A DNA stretch of 64,000 bases from Chrysomallon squamiferum (Eukaryota; Animalia; Mollusca), in contig CM022671.1 in the NCBI GenBank assembly GCA_012295275.1, forward strand, positions 22,630,001-22,694,000, written 5' to 3'. Position numbers and translations under genes: made by a program. Shown in pieces: positions 13,081 through 24,563 of the stretch (the first letter of the stretch is position 1; the number at the start of each line of letters is the position of its first letter). The notes under the pieces were generated by a model. It was not told where the DNA came from. It worked only from the letters and a program-made list of their open reading frames with translations, and searched no databases.

Positions 13081-16000
13081 ATAATCACCCACCTGTAACA
13101 AAATGTATATTAGAAATTTCAGCAGCTGGGTATGGGTAATATGTTGTGGTATATTTCAAATACTAAGTAGTTTATGCATGACTTCAGAATTTGTAAGAGT
13201 CACATAATTTTAGTGCAATAACTTTCACTTAATGTAAGTTTATCATAGTACTGCAGCCTTAGAATTGAACCTTGATTTTGTGATACACTTTTTTCTTCTT
13301 CTGGTTATAATGATCTGACACTTTTACAATTATATGTCAAGTCTTTTTTTTTTTTTCATAAACAAAAAATCCAGCATACACATAGCTCTGTTTTTCAAAA
13401 TTTTGATTATTTCCAGGGATAATTACAAAACATTTAATACTCAAAAACAAGATAGCAAAATCATGTAACACATTTCAGGATTGTTTAGCATGAACATTTT
13501 AAACTCAGGAGTTACAATTACGAAAGTGTGTGTATGTTTAACACCTACCCCATTCTGGTTCCATTCCTTTGTTTGACCAACTCTTTTGGAGTTTCGATGT
13601 AGAAGGGTGAGTACAGCTTGACATCCGATCTGCATGAACGGGGTGGTGTTTTAAACGCTCCCCTTTTTGAGTCTCTCTTTGAAATTTTGGGTGACAGAAC
13701 CTTTCCTTCTTCAAGTCTGGTCCTTCGACGAGTGGACATTCTGAATCTCTATTTTATTAAAAAAAAAAAAAAATTAAATATTAAAAAGATATTACATTTC
13801 AATAAATGTAAGTCATGAGCTGAATTAAATAATAAATAATAACATACATTTTACATAAAAGTAAAAGTAAAAGTAAAAGTAAAGTAGAATAAAGTAGAAT
13901 AAAGTAGAATTAGAAGTAAATAAAAGTAAAAATAAAGTAATGTAATGCAATGCAATGTAAAATAAAATAAAATAAAAGTAAAAGTAAAAATAAAAGTAAT
14001 AATAACTAAATAAAATGGTTAATACAAATAACTAATTAAAATATACTCTGTAATCTCTTGGAATACATGAAATAATAAAACATAGATATCTAAAGAAAAG
14101 ATTAATGATTTTCAAGTTGTAGAAAACAAGGAATATATTACAACATTAAAACTTTACAGGAAGTTATTTTTATTTATTATTAATATTAATTTTTAGCTTT
14201 TTGTTATTGAATTATTGTTTATGTTTGTTTTCTTTGCAAAAAAACAATCTAATGATTTATGACCAATGCACCCAACACAACTGTATTCTGGAGTTCTGAT
14301 AAAATATTCCTTTGCATGAAATATTGTTATAATGAAAATGAAGAATAAATCTTTGATAATCAAATAATTGTTGTTTTTTTTTAATGCACTTTTATTTACA
14401 TTAGAATATTTCCTTGGACATTAAAGAACATTTAAATGTGACCATTTGGAAATGTAGACATTTTAATGGGTAATAAAAACCTATGGAATTATGTTAAATC
14501 AGTTTATGTACGTGAGTGATCAAACATCAAAGCCCAGTACCTTACAGAAATAAACATGTAACATGTCATTGTGTTCAGGCCTCTTTTTTTTTTTTTTTTT
14601 GTTTTGATTGTTTTGAACCTTTATTTTGTTTTGTCCTTCTTTCTCACATGGCCCACCACCTGTCTTCTCACCACAGCTTCTGGACAACAAGAACATCAAT
14701 TACCACATGCTAACAGTCAAAGCTATAAAACACCAAGAAGAGCACAGCCCCACAATTACATTACATAAACCAGTGCTAATCCCTGCTGTTGCTCAAATCA
14801 CACACTGAAGTAACAAGTGGACTGAGACAGGCCTCAGCCAGTACACACAGTTGCTAGGAACAACAGAACCCCTGAGGGATCTCTGTGAAGCAATTAAGCT
14901 GGCACAACATGGGCCTCCTCCCACAGGAGGAGTTAACAGAGGGATAGGGGAAACAAAGGAAGCCTTCTCAGCTATTCCCTGAGGTCGTATGGTGTTGGAG
15001 AAGTTAATCTTTAATCAGACGAAATTTACATTATTTTTTCTTCTTCTTTAATTCCTTTCAATTCAGATTATGGTAATGATGGTTTAGGTTGAAGGTGATA
15101 CAACAGTTGTATAAATGTGACCATCTGTTGTATCTTTTTCTATTTTTTTTAAAAAAATAAAAAATTACTGGATAACTTGAAATATTTTGTGCCTAACAAG
15201 TATCTATTGCAGATAATCTTAGATTTATGTAAAGCTGTGCTTTGATTAAAAAAAAAAAAAGAGAAAAGAAAGAAAAAAATAATTATAAAAATCATGAGGC
15301 AGTTATCAGACTAATGTTAGTAAATTAGTTATATTTATTAATGTCATTATTTCATTATTATTATTAATTTATTTTTATTCACTTGTTTATAAATTAATAT
15401 TTATTTATTTATTTATTTTATATATTTTATATATTTTATATACTTTATTTTTGGACAGAATTCAAATAAAGCAATCCACTGGACAACTGTCCAGGGCACA
15501 CATTTTAGTATTGTATTGCAAAAACATGAATATAATTCTCTTCAGCTGTCACTCTGTTAGGATGTCTCACCTGCTAACTGAATATTACCCTTTAGGTTAT
15601 AATGCACCTGTATATATTCAGTCAAAACTGAATTTATGTATGTCAAAACATATTCTATTTTTGGCTCAAGCATTTTTGTTTTGTTTTACATGCAAAAAAA
15701 AAAAAAAAAACAGTATACATATATTAATCTTGATCAATAATGAACTTTTTTATTGTTGTTCTTTAATTTATTTTTGAAGGGGTTGGATGTAGTTTTTGAA
15801 TTGAAGATTGTTTTTAATTATATTTTTTAAGTGATTTATATGTTTAAAAATTAAAGTGAGTTATTTAATATACTAATAACACAGGCTTTTCTTTCACCAA
15901 AATAAAAATCTGAAACTATTTATTTAGGTAAAGATACATGTGTAATTCTGGAAAATAGGCTAACAGAACAAATCTGACCTTTAACAGGGTAAGCCATTCA

Positions 16001-16969
16001 TACAATCCTTAATTTACATCCTGTCTAAACAAAACTGATAATAAAAATGACTCATTCAACGAATCACCCAACTTATAATTTAAAAAAAAAAAAAAAAAAA
16101 ACAGAACTTAAATAAACAACAATAAAAAATTTGGAAAAAGTGTGAATTAGTTATTCGTAATAAACCATATTTAAAAAACCTCATGTCAAAATAAATCATT
16201 CCACAAAGAAACGCGATCAAACAGCTCTGCTTATAAATGTACATATATTAGCAATAAAAAAACACACACACTAATGTGGCCACCTCGTTCTCTGGAGGAA
16301 TTCAACAGATGTCTAGTGTGGTGATGATGGGAGCGAAGGACGCACAGTTTACAAGCACTGCTCCTGTAAACCAGTTTGAAAAAGGCGCCAGATGCTAGCT
16401 GTGTAACAACAATCTATCACACTTACTGCCCATTCAGATGTAACTGGCTCCCTGGGAGTACACACAGTCAGTTGAATTAACAACAAAAACGTAGTCAGTC
16501 AGCCAGCCATGTATTTAGTCATCTCAAGTCTTTCTTCTTCTTTCTTTCTGGTTTTTAAATGTCTGGGTACGTTTTCAAATCAAATCTTGATTATATCAAA
16601 CAATTTTAAATTTTTGAAAAGTATTTTACTTATTTACTTTTTCCAGTATCTATATTGATTTAATTTTAATTTTTTATATATATATATATATGTATACATA
16701 CTGGAAATACCAGTCTTAAAAGGAAAAACACAATTTTTTAAATTAAAAGCCCATTTCAGCATTGCAACAATTATAAATGAATGAAAAAAAAATGACAAGA
16801 AGTTCTAGCTATATTAATATTCAGAATTTGTTTTAACAATAACAACAAAACTAGTAAAAATAATAATAAAAGATTAAGTTACATATTGCATATATCTGTG
16901 AGTGTGTGAGTGTGTGTGTGTGTATGTTTGTATGTGTGTGTGTGTGTATGTTCGTATGTTTGTATGTGT

Positions 16970-17035
<66 letters not shown>

Positions 17036-18271
17036 TTTCAAATTCAACATGTGGCTTGCAGTTGTCTGAACATTCCAACTGTCATCTCATCTTGCTGAGC
17101 TGTCAGTAGACACTATCTCTAAATGTCAGAGAAACACGTGTGAGTTGACATTAACACAGACAGAAGCTGATACAGTGTTTGAATTTCCCTCCAAATTTTC
17201 ACACATATAATTATAACATAAACATAAACATGTGCTGAAGGTGACTCTATGTGTCCTGCATTCAATGTCTTAGTATTAAATTTGTTTTAAAAATTAAAAA
17301 GTATACAGTACTCATTTACATTATGAGAATGCAATGAATTACATATAGACAGGATAAATTGAAATATAAAATGTTTGGAATTAAGTATGAAATACTTTAA
17401 AAAATTGTTTTTAAATTGTCAGTTAATATTTGAATAAACTGCAATATATAATATATTTTTCAGCACTTTTTATCATTTATTTTTTAAAAAATTATGTTAT
17501 TTGAATTCAAGCATCTTCATACAGAACAAAGATGTTACATAACATTAATTTACTTGTGTATACAAAAAATAGCAGTAGGCAATGAAAAAGCTGCTTTAAA
17601 TATGTAGGACTATTTTAACACTGCATGTGTACTAACACATGATGAGTTTCTATTGTCTTGATACCAGAGGTAATTTGCTGTGTAAATTTAGGAAGACATG
17701 AACAAAAGAGGCTGGTCACACATTTTGAGCTGTGCCCATTGTCTAACCTTTGAGTTTTCTTTTCATTTGATAAAAGTGTGAACAACAGAACATTTAATGA
17801 ATAGAAATGTGACACAACACACATGTGCACACACACACACACACACACACAGCTCAGACATACACAAAGCACATATACAATACACACACCAGATAAACAC
17901 AAGTACAACACACATACAGACATACGCAAGGACTGCATTCTTTGTTAAGAGGTCAGTTTTCAATAATCACTAGCTGACCTCAATTTAAATAAACACAATA
18001 TACATTAATTGCAGTAAAATATGACACTGATTGGCCCATGGTGATATATGACATCTGAGCATATATAAAAAAATCCGGAGCCAATGACCTCAAAAATATA
18101 TTCCTGTCACTCATGTGGCATTTTATCAAATTGCTAATTATTATTATTATTATTATTTTAGGTATTAATCATTTATTGTTCATCATGGTGCAGTCATAAT
18201 AATGAGTTATGATTATAAAATTACAATTTACATATTGATACTATTCAAGAAAATCTAATTCGTCTTTATTG

Positions 18272-18351
<80 letters not shown>

Positions 18352-18717
18352 TTGAAATTTAAAACGAGCCAGTAACAGTAAGCTCTGAAAGACTGAAGAA
18401 TAATATAATAATAATAATAATAATAATTTTCTGAAATCTGAGTCATACACTGTAAATAAAAATGCAAAATGAGATACCTGTTTTAGTGTACCGACTGCAT
18501 CTCGCACCGATCTTGTCAGCCTGTCACTACGTCTCGGTAGCCGTCTCGTGTTTTGTAGGTCATCGCTTTCTGGTGTCGAATCTCCATCAGAATTTGAACG
18601 TGTAGTTCTCACCCTAGTCGGTTTTGGTGTGTTAAAATAATCTGATTGTTTGCCATTTATCACATTATATCTTCTGCCTCTCCATGAAAAACGTAACGCT
18701 TTCTTAATTGTGGCCAT
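12205..18717 (-). CDS. PIMREG/FAM64A (RCS1)-like basic, TP/SP-rich protein, about 211 aa, 4 exons
   Basis: Exons 18717-18478, 13748-13549, 12948-12835 and 12286-12205 join in phase at GT-AG sites (MATIKKALRFSW...LTRSVRDAVGTLKQ/RFRMSTRRR...KLYSPFYIETP...LKREVEALTANMQALSALTP...RRIETAIY*). Three blocks resemble recalled PIMREG segments in order. The gene model is solid; the family call is tentative. Confidence 0.6.
13858..14010. repeat. Simple repeat (GTAAAA / GTAGAATAAA)n
   Basis: Directly visible tandem units. Confidence 0.8.
16897..17034. repeat. (TG)n microsatellite
   Basis: Directly visible; source of several spurious ORFs. Confidence 0.95.
18275..18349. repeat. (GA)n microsatellite
   Basis: Directly visible, in intron 1 of the PIMREG-like gene. 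Confidence 0.95.
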
Positions 18718-18751
18718 TGCAAAATTTTCACGTCAGTAGTTCACGTTCAGT

Positions 18752-18766
18752 TTCAAAACAACCGCC
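18752..18766 (-). promoter_or_regulatory. CDE/CHR tandem element (GGCGG-N4-TTTGAA)
   Basis: The minus strand reads TGGCGG TTGT TTTGAA, 35-49 nt upstream of the ATG at 18717. An E-box TCACGTGAC lies at 18814-18822. Confidence 0.7.
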
Positions 18767-19325
18767 AAGTTTCGTGATCGCCGCAGAATCAACAGGAAGA
18801 CGATTAATTTGTATCACGTGACCTATTTAGGGATTCCTCGTGCTCATACTATTAGTCAAACGACAGTTCGTAGCATATCCTTCTGCCGACGTCTATTGGA
18901 TAAAATTGTAATGAACGTCGAGTTATACTATGGCTTTTATAACAATTATTTTTATTTAAAATTACCCTTAAATGTTACGTATAATAATAATAATAATAAT
19001 TAAATTATCCTGTTATTCAGTAAAAGACATTATTGATGTATATATTTATTAATATTATAAAATGTAATTAGGAAATAATGTTAAAAGAAACTAGAACTAG
19101 TGACTTACGCGTTTAAAGACGTTTATATTAATATTATTATTTTTATTTTTTAAATGTTTATTCAATATATGGGATATTTACAAATATTTAATGTAAACAA
19201 ATAAATAAAATTTAACAATAATATTTTGTAATATAAACTTATAGTAGCATACTCTTTCAGTATCATTGATTTAAAATATTATTTGCTATATGTGTGTGGC
19301 TCTGTGTGTGTTCGTGCGTGCGTGC

Positions 19326-19365
<40 letters not shown>

Positions 19366-19605
19366 TTTCTCATATCAAGATCTGGGTCATTATTGATCTT
19401 TTTCTTCCTTTCCTTTTGTCATACTCCTTCTTCATCTTCTGCTTACTACTGTATGCTATGTTTATGAATCAATATCGTATGTTAAACCATTTAATGATAT
19501 ACTGTTTTATGACAGACACCGATTTTAATGCAAAATCAAGTCAATGGTTAAATAAAAAAAATATATATATATATATATAAACAAAAAAAACCACAAATTA
19601 AAAAG

Positions 19606-19678
19606 AGGTTTCGGCGAGGCTCGAACTCGCGACCTTCTGCGTGTTAAGCAGACGTGATAACCACTACACCACGAAACC
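19606..19678 (-). tRNA. tRNA-Val (AAC)
   Basis: 73-nt cloverleaf GGTTTCGTGGTGTAGTGGTTATCACGTCTGCTT-AAC-ACGCAGAAGGTCGCGAGTTCGAGCCTCGCCGAAACCT, with A and B boxes and a T5 terminator right after. Confidence 0.95.
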
Positions 19679-19947
19679 GTTGTAAACAAATTTGTTTAAG
19701 AAGCCCTTATGTCCGTATATATGAAAATAATTACAATCCATAGCTCTAAGTAGATAGCAAAATTTTTGAAACGTCGAAAAGAAATAAAACTAACATGTGT
19801 GTCGATCAGCAGTTTGGCTTTATAACCAAAATGGCACTGCAAACTGAGTCAGAACGTTCTCACTTCGTCGAATATCATAACACTACCGCACTCGCTCCAT
19901 ACGTTTTTCATCATCAGTCTGCATTTTCAGATTCCAATAGTTACGTA

Positions 19948-20020
19948 GGTTTCGTGGTGTAGTGGTTATCACGTCTGCTTTACACGCAGAAGGTCGCGAG
20001 TTCGAGCCTCGCCGGAACCT
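19948..20020 (+). tRNA. tRNA-Val (TAC)
   Basis: Same body, anticodon TAC at 19981-19983, stems pair, TTTT about 10 nt downstream. Confidence 0.95.
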
Positions 20021-20220
20021 TGGTAATTACTTTTGATCAAGTTTCTATTTTATAATATTTATTACGAGTTCTAACTTGTTTTGTGTGTCTGTTTACTTTA
20101 TATATTTTAGTATTTGTAGAAACAGAAGAAAGAAAAGTATCTCTTTTAATAATGTACCCAAAGTCCCTTTTAATGTGACGCTAATTTCAAAATATAAAAG
20201 GTTTTTTTGGGGGTAATCGA

Positions 20221-20255
<35 letters not shown>

Positions 20256-20968
20256 TCGTTAAAATTAATTAGTAAATAAATAGTATTTTGGAGGATAAAC
20301 ATAATAATTCATCGCCTACATAATTAAAACTAGGTGCATTAATTCATCGACTGTTGCACTGAAAAGTATTTAGTCGACGTGAATTAATAATGTACTTGAT
20401 CAAATTGTTGCTACAGTTTTTTCAAATACACCTTTTTAACAATGCACTGAAGTTAAAATTTACCAGTTAATAAAATTAATAGATCATTAATTTTTACGGG
20501 CTATTTTGCAGCTATCTGTTGTTTTGTTCGTGGCTTATATAAAATGGTTATTATTATTATTATAATTGTTTTTTTTTTTATTTTTTATTTTTTTAAATTG
20601 ACTAGATCGCTTTGTCTTGTCAAATAAACCAATTTTTCTCTCATATCGTTGCCGATCTGTGTAAATTATTTATTAATTTAATTTAATTTAATTTAATTTT
20701 AGGTGCAGAAATAAGACACGCAGTCCGCTTTTAACGACCGAGTTCCGTTCCATTGACCAGGTCGTTAAGCGACATTTCAGCTGGTAATGGGTTTGTGTTA
20801 TCTGTCTTTTGATAGTTTTAATTTTGCACCGTTTTGAAAGTACATATTAAAAAAATAAAATAAAAAATAAATAAATAATGAGAGAGAAATGAATTGATAA
20901 CTGCAACCAAATCAGAATTTACTTAATGGTGGCAGTAGAAATAACTTTTGCAGTAAAATGTTAACTAA

Positions 20969-21041
20969 AGGTTCCGGCGAGGCTCGAACTCGCGACCTTC
21001 TGCGTGTAAAGCAGACGTGATAACCACTACACCACGAAACC
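20969..21041 (-). tRNA. tRNA-Val (TAC)
   Basis: Identical to the 19948 copy, on the minus strand; TTTT downstream. Confidence 0.95.
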
Positions 21042-21289
21042 TGTTATACCTAAGCTTTCTACGAAAGTCTTTAGGTGCGAAATCCACAAAACCTCTTCGT
21101 GATAATGCAAGAATAAATAATGTCAGTAACAACCGAAGACGTAATAACCAAAAATTTTTTTTTAAATTCGGTTGCATTTTTTACGATTAAGAAATGGTGG
21201 AGAAAAAATAATTATAAAATAGTTTAAAAGGAAAGCATAACTAACTTTGTTTACAATTATTATGCTTTCATTGAAATTAAATCATTGTC

Positions 21290-22200
21290 GGTTTCGTGGT
21301 GCTTGGTTTTAATATATTCTGGAGACCAGTTTGGAAATGGATACATTACTGAATTTACTGACTTAGATTTTAGAACAGTTCATCATGTAATATATACAGA
21401 TAGTAAATTATATAGATATGGAAAAATCTCAAGTAGTATATGTCCAGTGTGTTTGAACGATGATGAAAATTTGTGCCATTTATTTTTGTATTGTGAAGAA
21501 TTGTCGGAATTAATATCTGTCATTCATGAAATATGTATTCAAATATTTAAGAAAACCGTTTTTTCTTTAGGTCAGTTAAAAAGATTATTAATATTTGGAT
21601 GTTTTCTAAGAACTGAAAATTGTTCATATAATAGAATTTATTAATATTGTTCTTTCAATTTATGGAATATCAGTGTTCAAGAGGCGCGTGATAGCTCAAT
21701 TCAAAGGAACAAACATTAATATAATACATTTTTTTTTTAGACATTATGTGTATCAGTGTTTCGAAATCATTCTAAATCAATATCGTATTCGAAACAAACT
21801 TTCAATTTTCATTAACAAATACATTAAGGATAATGCTTTTCTAGAATTTAAACATGATATACTTATTTTCAGATATCCTTTAGCAAACAAAATAATGAAT
21901 ATCATTGTATCATAAAAAAGGATAAAAAAAAAAAAAAAAAAAAAAAACACATTCATTTTTTTACTATAAAATACAGTTAATATATGTGAATGTTCTGAGT
22001 AAATAATTATGTGTGCGTGTGAGTGTGAGTGAGTGTGTGAGTGCATGACATTTTTTTTGTATGTTTGATATTTATTGTTTTAATGGATTTTTTATTATTA
22101 TTATTATTTATGTACAAAAATTATTTAAAGATATATAAATAAATAAATCAATAAACTCGTGCTTAACACGCATAAGGAAAGTTCGAGACTTGTGGCGTCT
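21290..22200 (+). pseudogene. Split, decayed tRNA-Val (AAC) pseudogene interrupted by a LINE fragment
   Basis: 5' remnant GGTTTCGTGGTGCTT at 21290-21304. 3' remnant CTCGTGCTTAACACGCATAAGGAAAGTTCGAG at 22156-22187. Confidence 0.75.
21305..22155 (+). mobile_element. 5'-truncated non-LTR retrotransposon (Tx1/L1-like): ORF2 C-terminus plus 3' UTR
   Basis: Frameshifted reading DLDFRTVHHVIYT...CPVCLNDDENLCHLFLYC...LLIFG...NIVLSIYGISVFKRR... contains the CX2CX7-8HX4C zinc knuckle found downstream of the RT in L1/Tx1 ORF2. Stop at 21915; AATAAA-rich tail ending at 22155. Confidence 0.8.
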
Positions 22201-22640
22201 TTTTTTATTTTAATTACAGTGAAACATTTAGTAATTAAATAATTACATTTAACTAAAAAATAGAAGCATAAAACAAGGATTTAGAATTCTCACAGTAATT
22301 TGCTAAAGACTGTCCTCCTAGCTTTGTTGAACTGATTGTAAATCTCGATGAAATGGTTAATAACGTGACATATTCAATATCATGTTACTCAGACTCGCCA
22401 AGCTGATTCTTTTCACTTTCATAAGGAAAACAGAATGATAGAAACATTCAGTGAAAACTTTTCACAACTTATTTTGCTACGTCTTCATTGTTTTTTGTTT
22501 TTTCAGTGAGATATCTTCTTACAGTATCAAGTAACATTGTCGTCATGTCTTTTATCTAGATTAGTCATTCATTAAGCAAGAATGTAAATATATATAAATA
22601 AACAATATACCAACAATACTCAAATCTATCAAGTACTGAC

Positions 22641-22675
<35 letters not shown>

Positions 22676-23003
22676 ATAATTGTGATCAAATTTGCCACTA
22701 AAATTGAGTAAAGGTTGTTTAACAGTTCATTTCAATGAACTATTTTCCTTGAAGAACATCTTTCTCAGTTTGGGTTGTAAAAAAAAAAAGGAACAACACG
22801 AAACGATAATTATGTAACTGTAATAAAAACAATAATTTTTAGCAACAACAATGAAGCTTTCCAGACAAACATTTTATATTTTGTTTCGCACCTTTTTAAT
22901 AGTTATTCGGGACCTCATACATTCATATACTATCACTTGTAGGTTTCTTGGTGGTAACATTTTAAAAGATTTTCAGTGTGAAATTAATTAATTATTTTAC
23001 AAC

Positions 23004-23076
23004 GGTTTCGTGGTGTAGTGGTTATCACGTCTGCTTCACACGCAGAAGGTCGCGAGTTCGACCCTCGCCGGAACCT
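23004..23076 (+). tRNA. tRNA-Val (CAC)
   Basis: Same body, anticodon CAC at 23037-23039, T-loop TTCGACC, T5 downstream. Lies in the spacer of the inverted duplication. Confidence 0.95.
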
Positions 23077-23771
23077 CGTTAAATTTTTCTAATATTGAAA
23101 GTTGTTTTTGTATCATTATTGCGTTTTAAAACGGCTCCAGTTATTATTAAAATTTTTCATATAATATACTTATTGTTATACTTATACTTATATAATATAT
23201 TGTTTATATATATTTACATTCTTGCTTAATGAATGACTCATCTAGATAAAAGACATGACGACAGTGTTACGGTGACACTATAAGAAGATATCTCACTGGA
23301 ACAAGAAACAATGAAGACAGCGAAATGAGTTGTGAAAAGTTTTCACTGAATGTTTCTATCCTTCTGCTAACCTTCTGGAAGTGAAAATCTTGGCGAGTTT
23401 GAGTAACATGAAATTGAGTATATCACGCTATTAAAAGTACTTGGTTTTTAACATTTTTATCGAGCTTTACAAAACTGGTAGGATGTAGTGTGTAAATAAA
23501 ACAGAGAAAGAACAGCAATTCTGAAATGTATCGTGATGTGACAGTCTTTAACAAAACTCCATATGGAATTATGTAGAATGTTTTGAATGATTACCTTTCC
23601 TTGAAATATCTTTCTTGACGTCTTATTAACTGTCAGATTTTATTGCTGAATAGCAAAAAATTCTCACATCTAAATCTTTGTTTTATGTTTCTATTTTCAC
23701 TTAGATATAATTCTTTAATTACTCAATGTTCCATTGTAATGGGAACAGAATAATTTAAATGTAGAAACAGA

Positions 23772-23836
23772 AGACTCCTGCGAGGCCCGAACTCGCCACC
23801 TTCTGCATGTAAAGCAGACGTGATAACCACGAAACC
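23772..23836 (-). pseudogene. tRNA-Val (TAC) pseudogene
   Basis: GGTTTCGTGG--------TTATCACGTCTGCTTTACATGCAGAAGGTGGCGAGTTCGGGCCTCGCAGGAGTC: 8-nt D-arm/A-box deletion, B-box change and broken acceptor stem. Confidence 0.9.
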
Positions 23837-24118
23837 GATAAATAGTTAACCGCAATGAAACCATAATAATTATAAACAACATTAGTTACAATTTCCTGAG
23901 ACATTATTATTATTATTATTATTATTATTTTCTATTTCTACGTGTCGTTATAATCGAAGAAACTGTAACTGGGAAATGCAAAAAGCAAACTTCCTGTAAT
24001 GTACTGGGCCATCGGTTATTGCTGTATGAATTATCACTTGTAGATTTCAAGCTGTAGGATGCCGCTTCATGCTTTAAAAACAACAACAAAACAAAACAAA
24101 AACAACAACAATTACAAC

Positions 24119-24191
24119 GGTTTCGTGGTGTAGTGGTTATCACGTCTGCTTTACACGCAGAAGGTCGCGAGTTCGAGCCTCGCCGGAACCT
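24119..24191 (+). tRNA. tRNA-Val (TAC)
   Basis: Identical to the 19948 copy; TTTT about 10 nt downstream. Confidence 0.95.
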
Positions 24192-24563
24192 AGTTGACAT
24201 TTTACTGCAAATTTTATTTCCGTTTCAACCACTTGGTTGCAGTTACTAATTTATTCTCTCTCTGATTTTTATTTTATATTATTATTTTTTAAATTTAATA
24301 TTACTTTCAGAACAACAATTGGAAATATATTTTGAAAATTTGCTCATTTGTAATTTCTCTGCTTTCATTATAAATAATCGATACTGATGAAACTTTCTAA
24401 TGCAGAAAACAGTTATGACGTAAATTATCGGGCCATTTAATGTATGCATTCATATATTATTATCACTTTTAGGTGCATGGTGTTGCAGTCACAGCGTCTT
24501 AAGGTTTTCAACGAAATAGTAGCTTACAGCGGTTTCGTGGTGTAGTGGTTATCACGTCTGCTT

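Larger units (their letters stand above)
20830..24310. repeat. Diverged inverted segmental duplication (arms ~20830-22610 and ~23196-24310)
   Basis: 22430-22610 is the near reverse complement of 23196-23380 (e.g. GAAACATTCAGTGAAAACTTTTCACAAC vs GTTGTGAAAAGTTTTCACTGAATGTTTC). The flanks of tRNA 20969-21041 match those of 24119-24191, and the 5' flank of 21290 matches that of 23836. Confidence 0.85.

Noticed and set aside
16851-19580. ORFs rich in CV/HT/SL/Y/I/F runs here and across the window
   Set aside because: They are translations of microsatellites and poly(A/T) tracts.
20965-21177. ORFs overlapping tRNA genes (also 23925-24200)
   Set aside because: They are incidental translations of tRNA-Val sequence and flanks.
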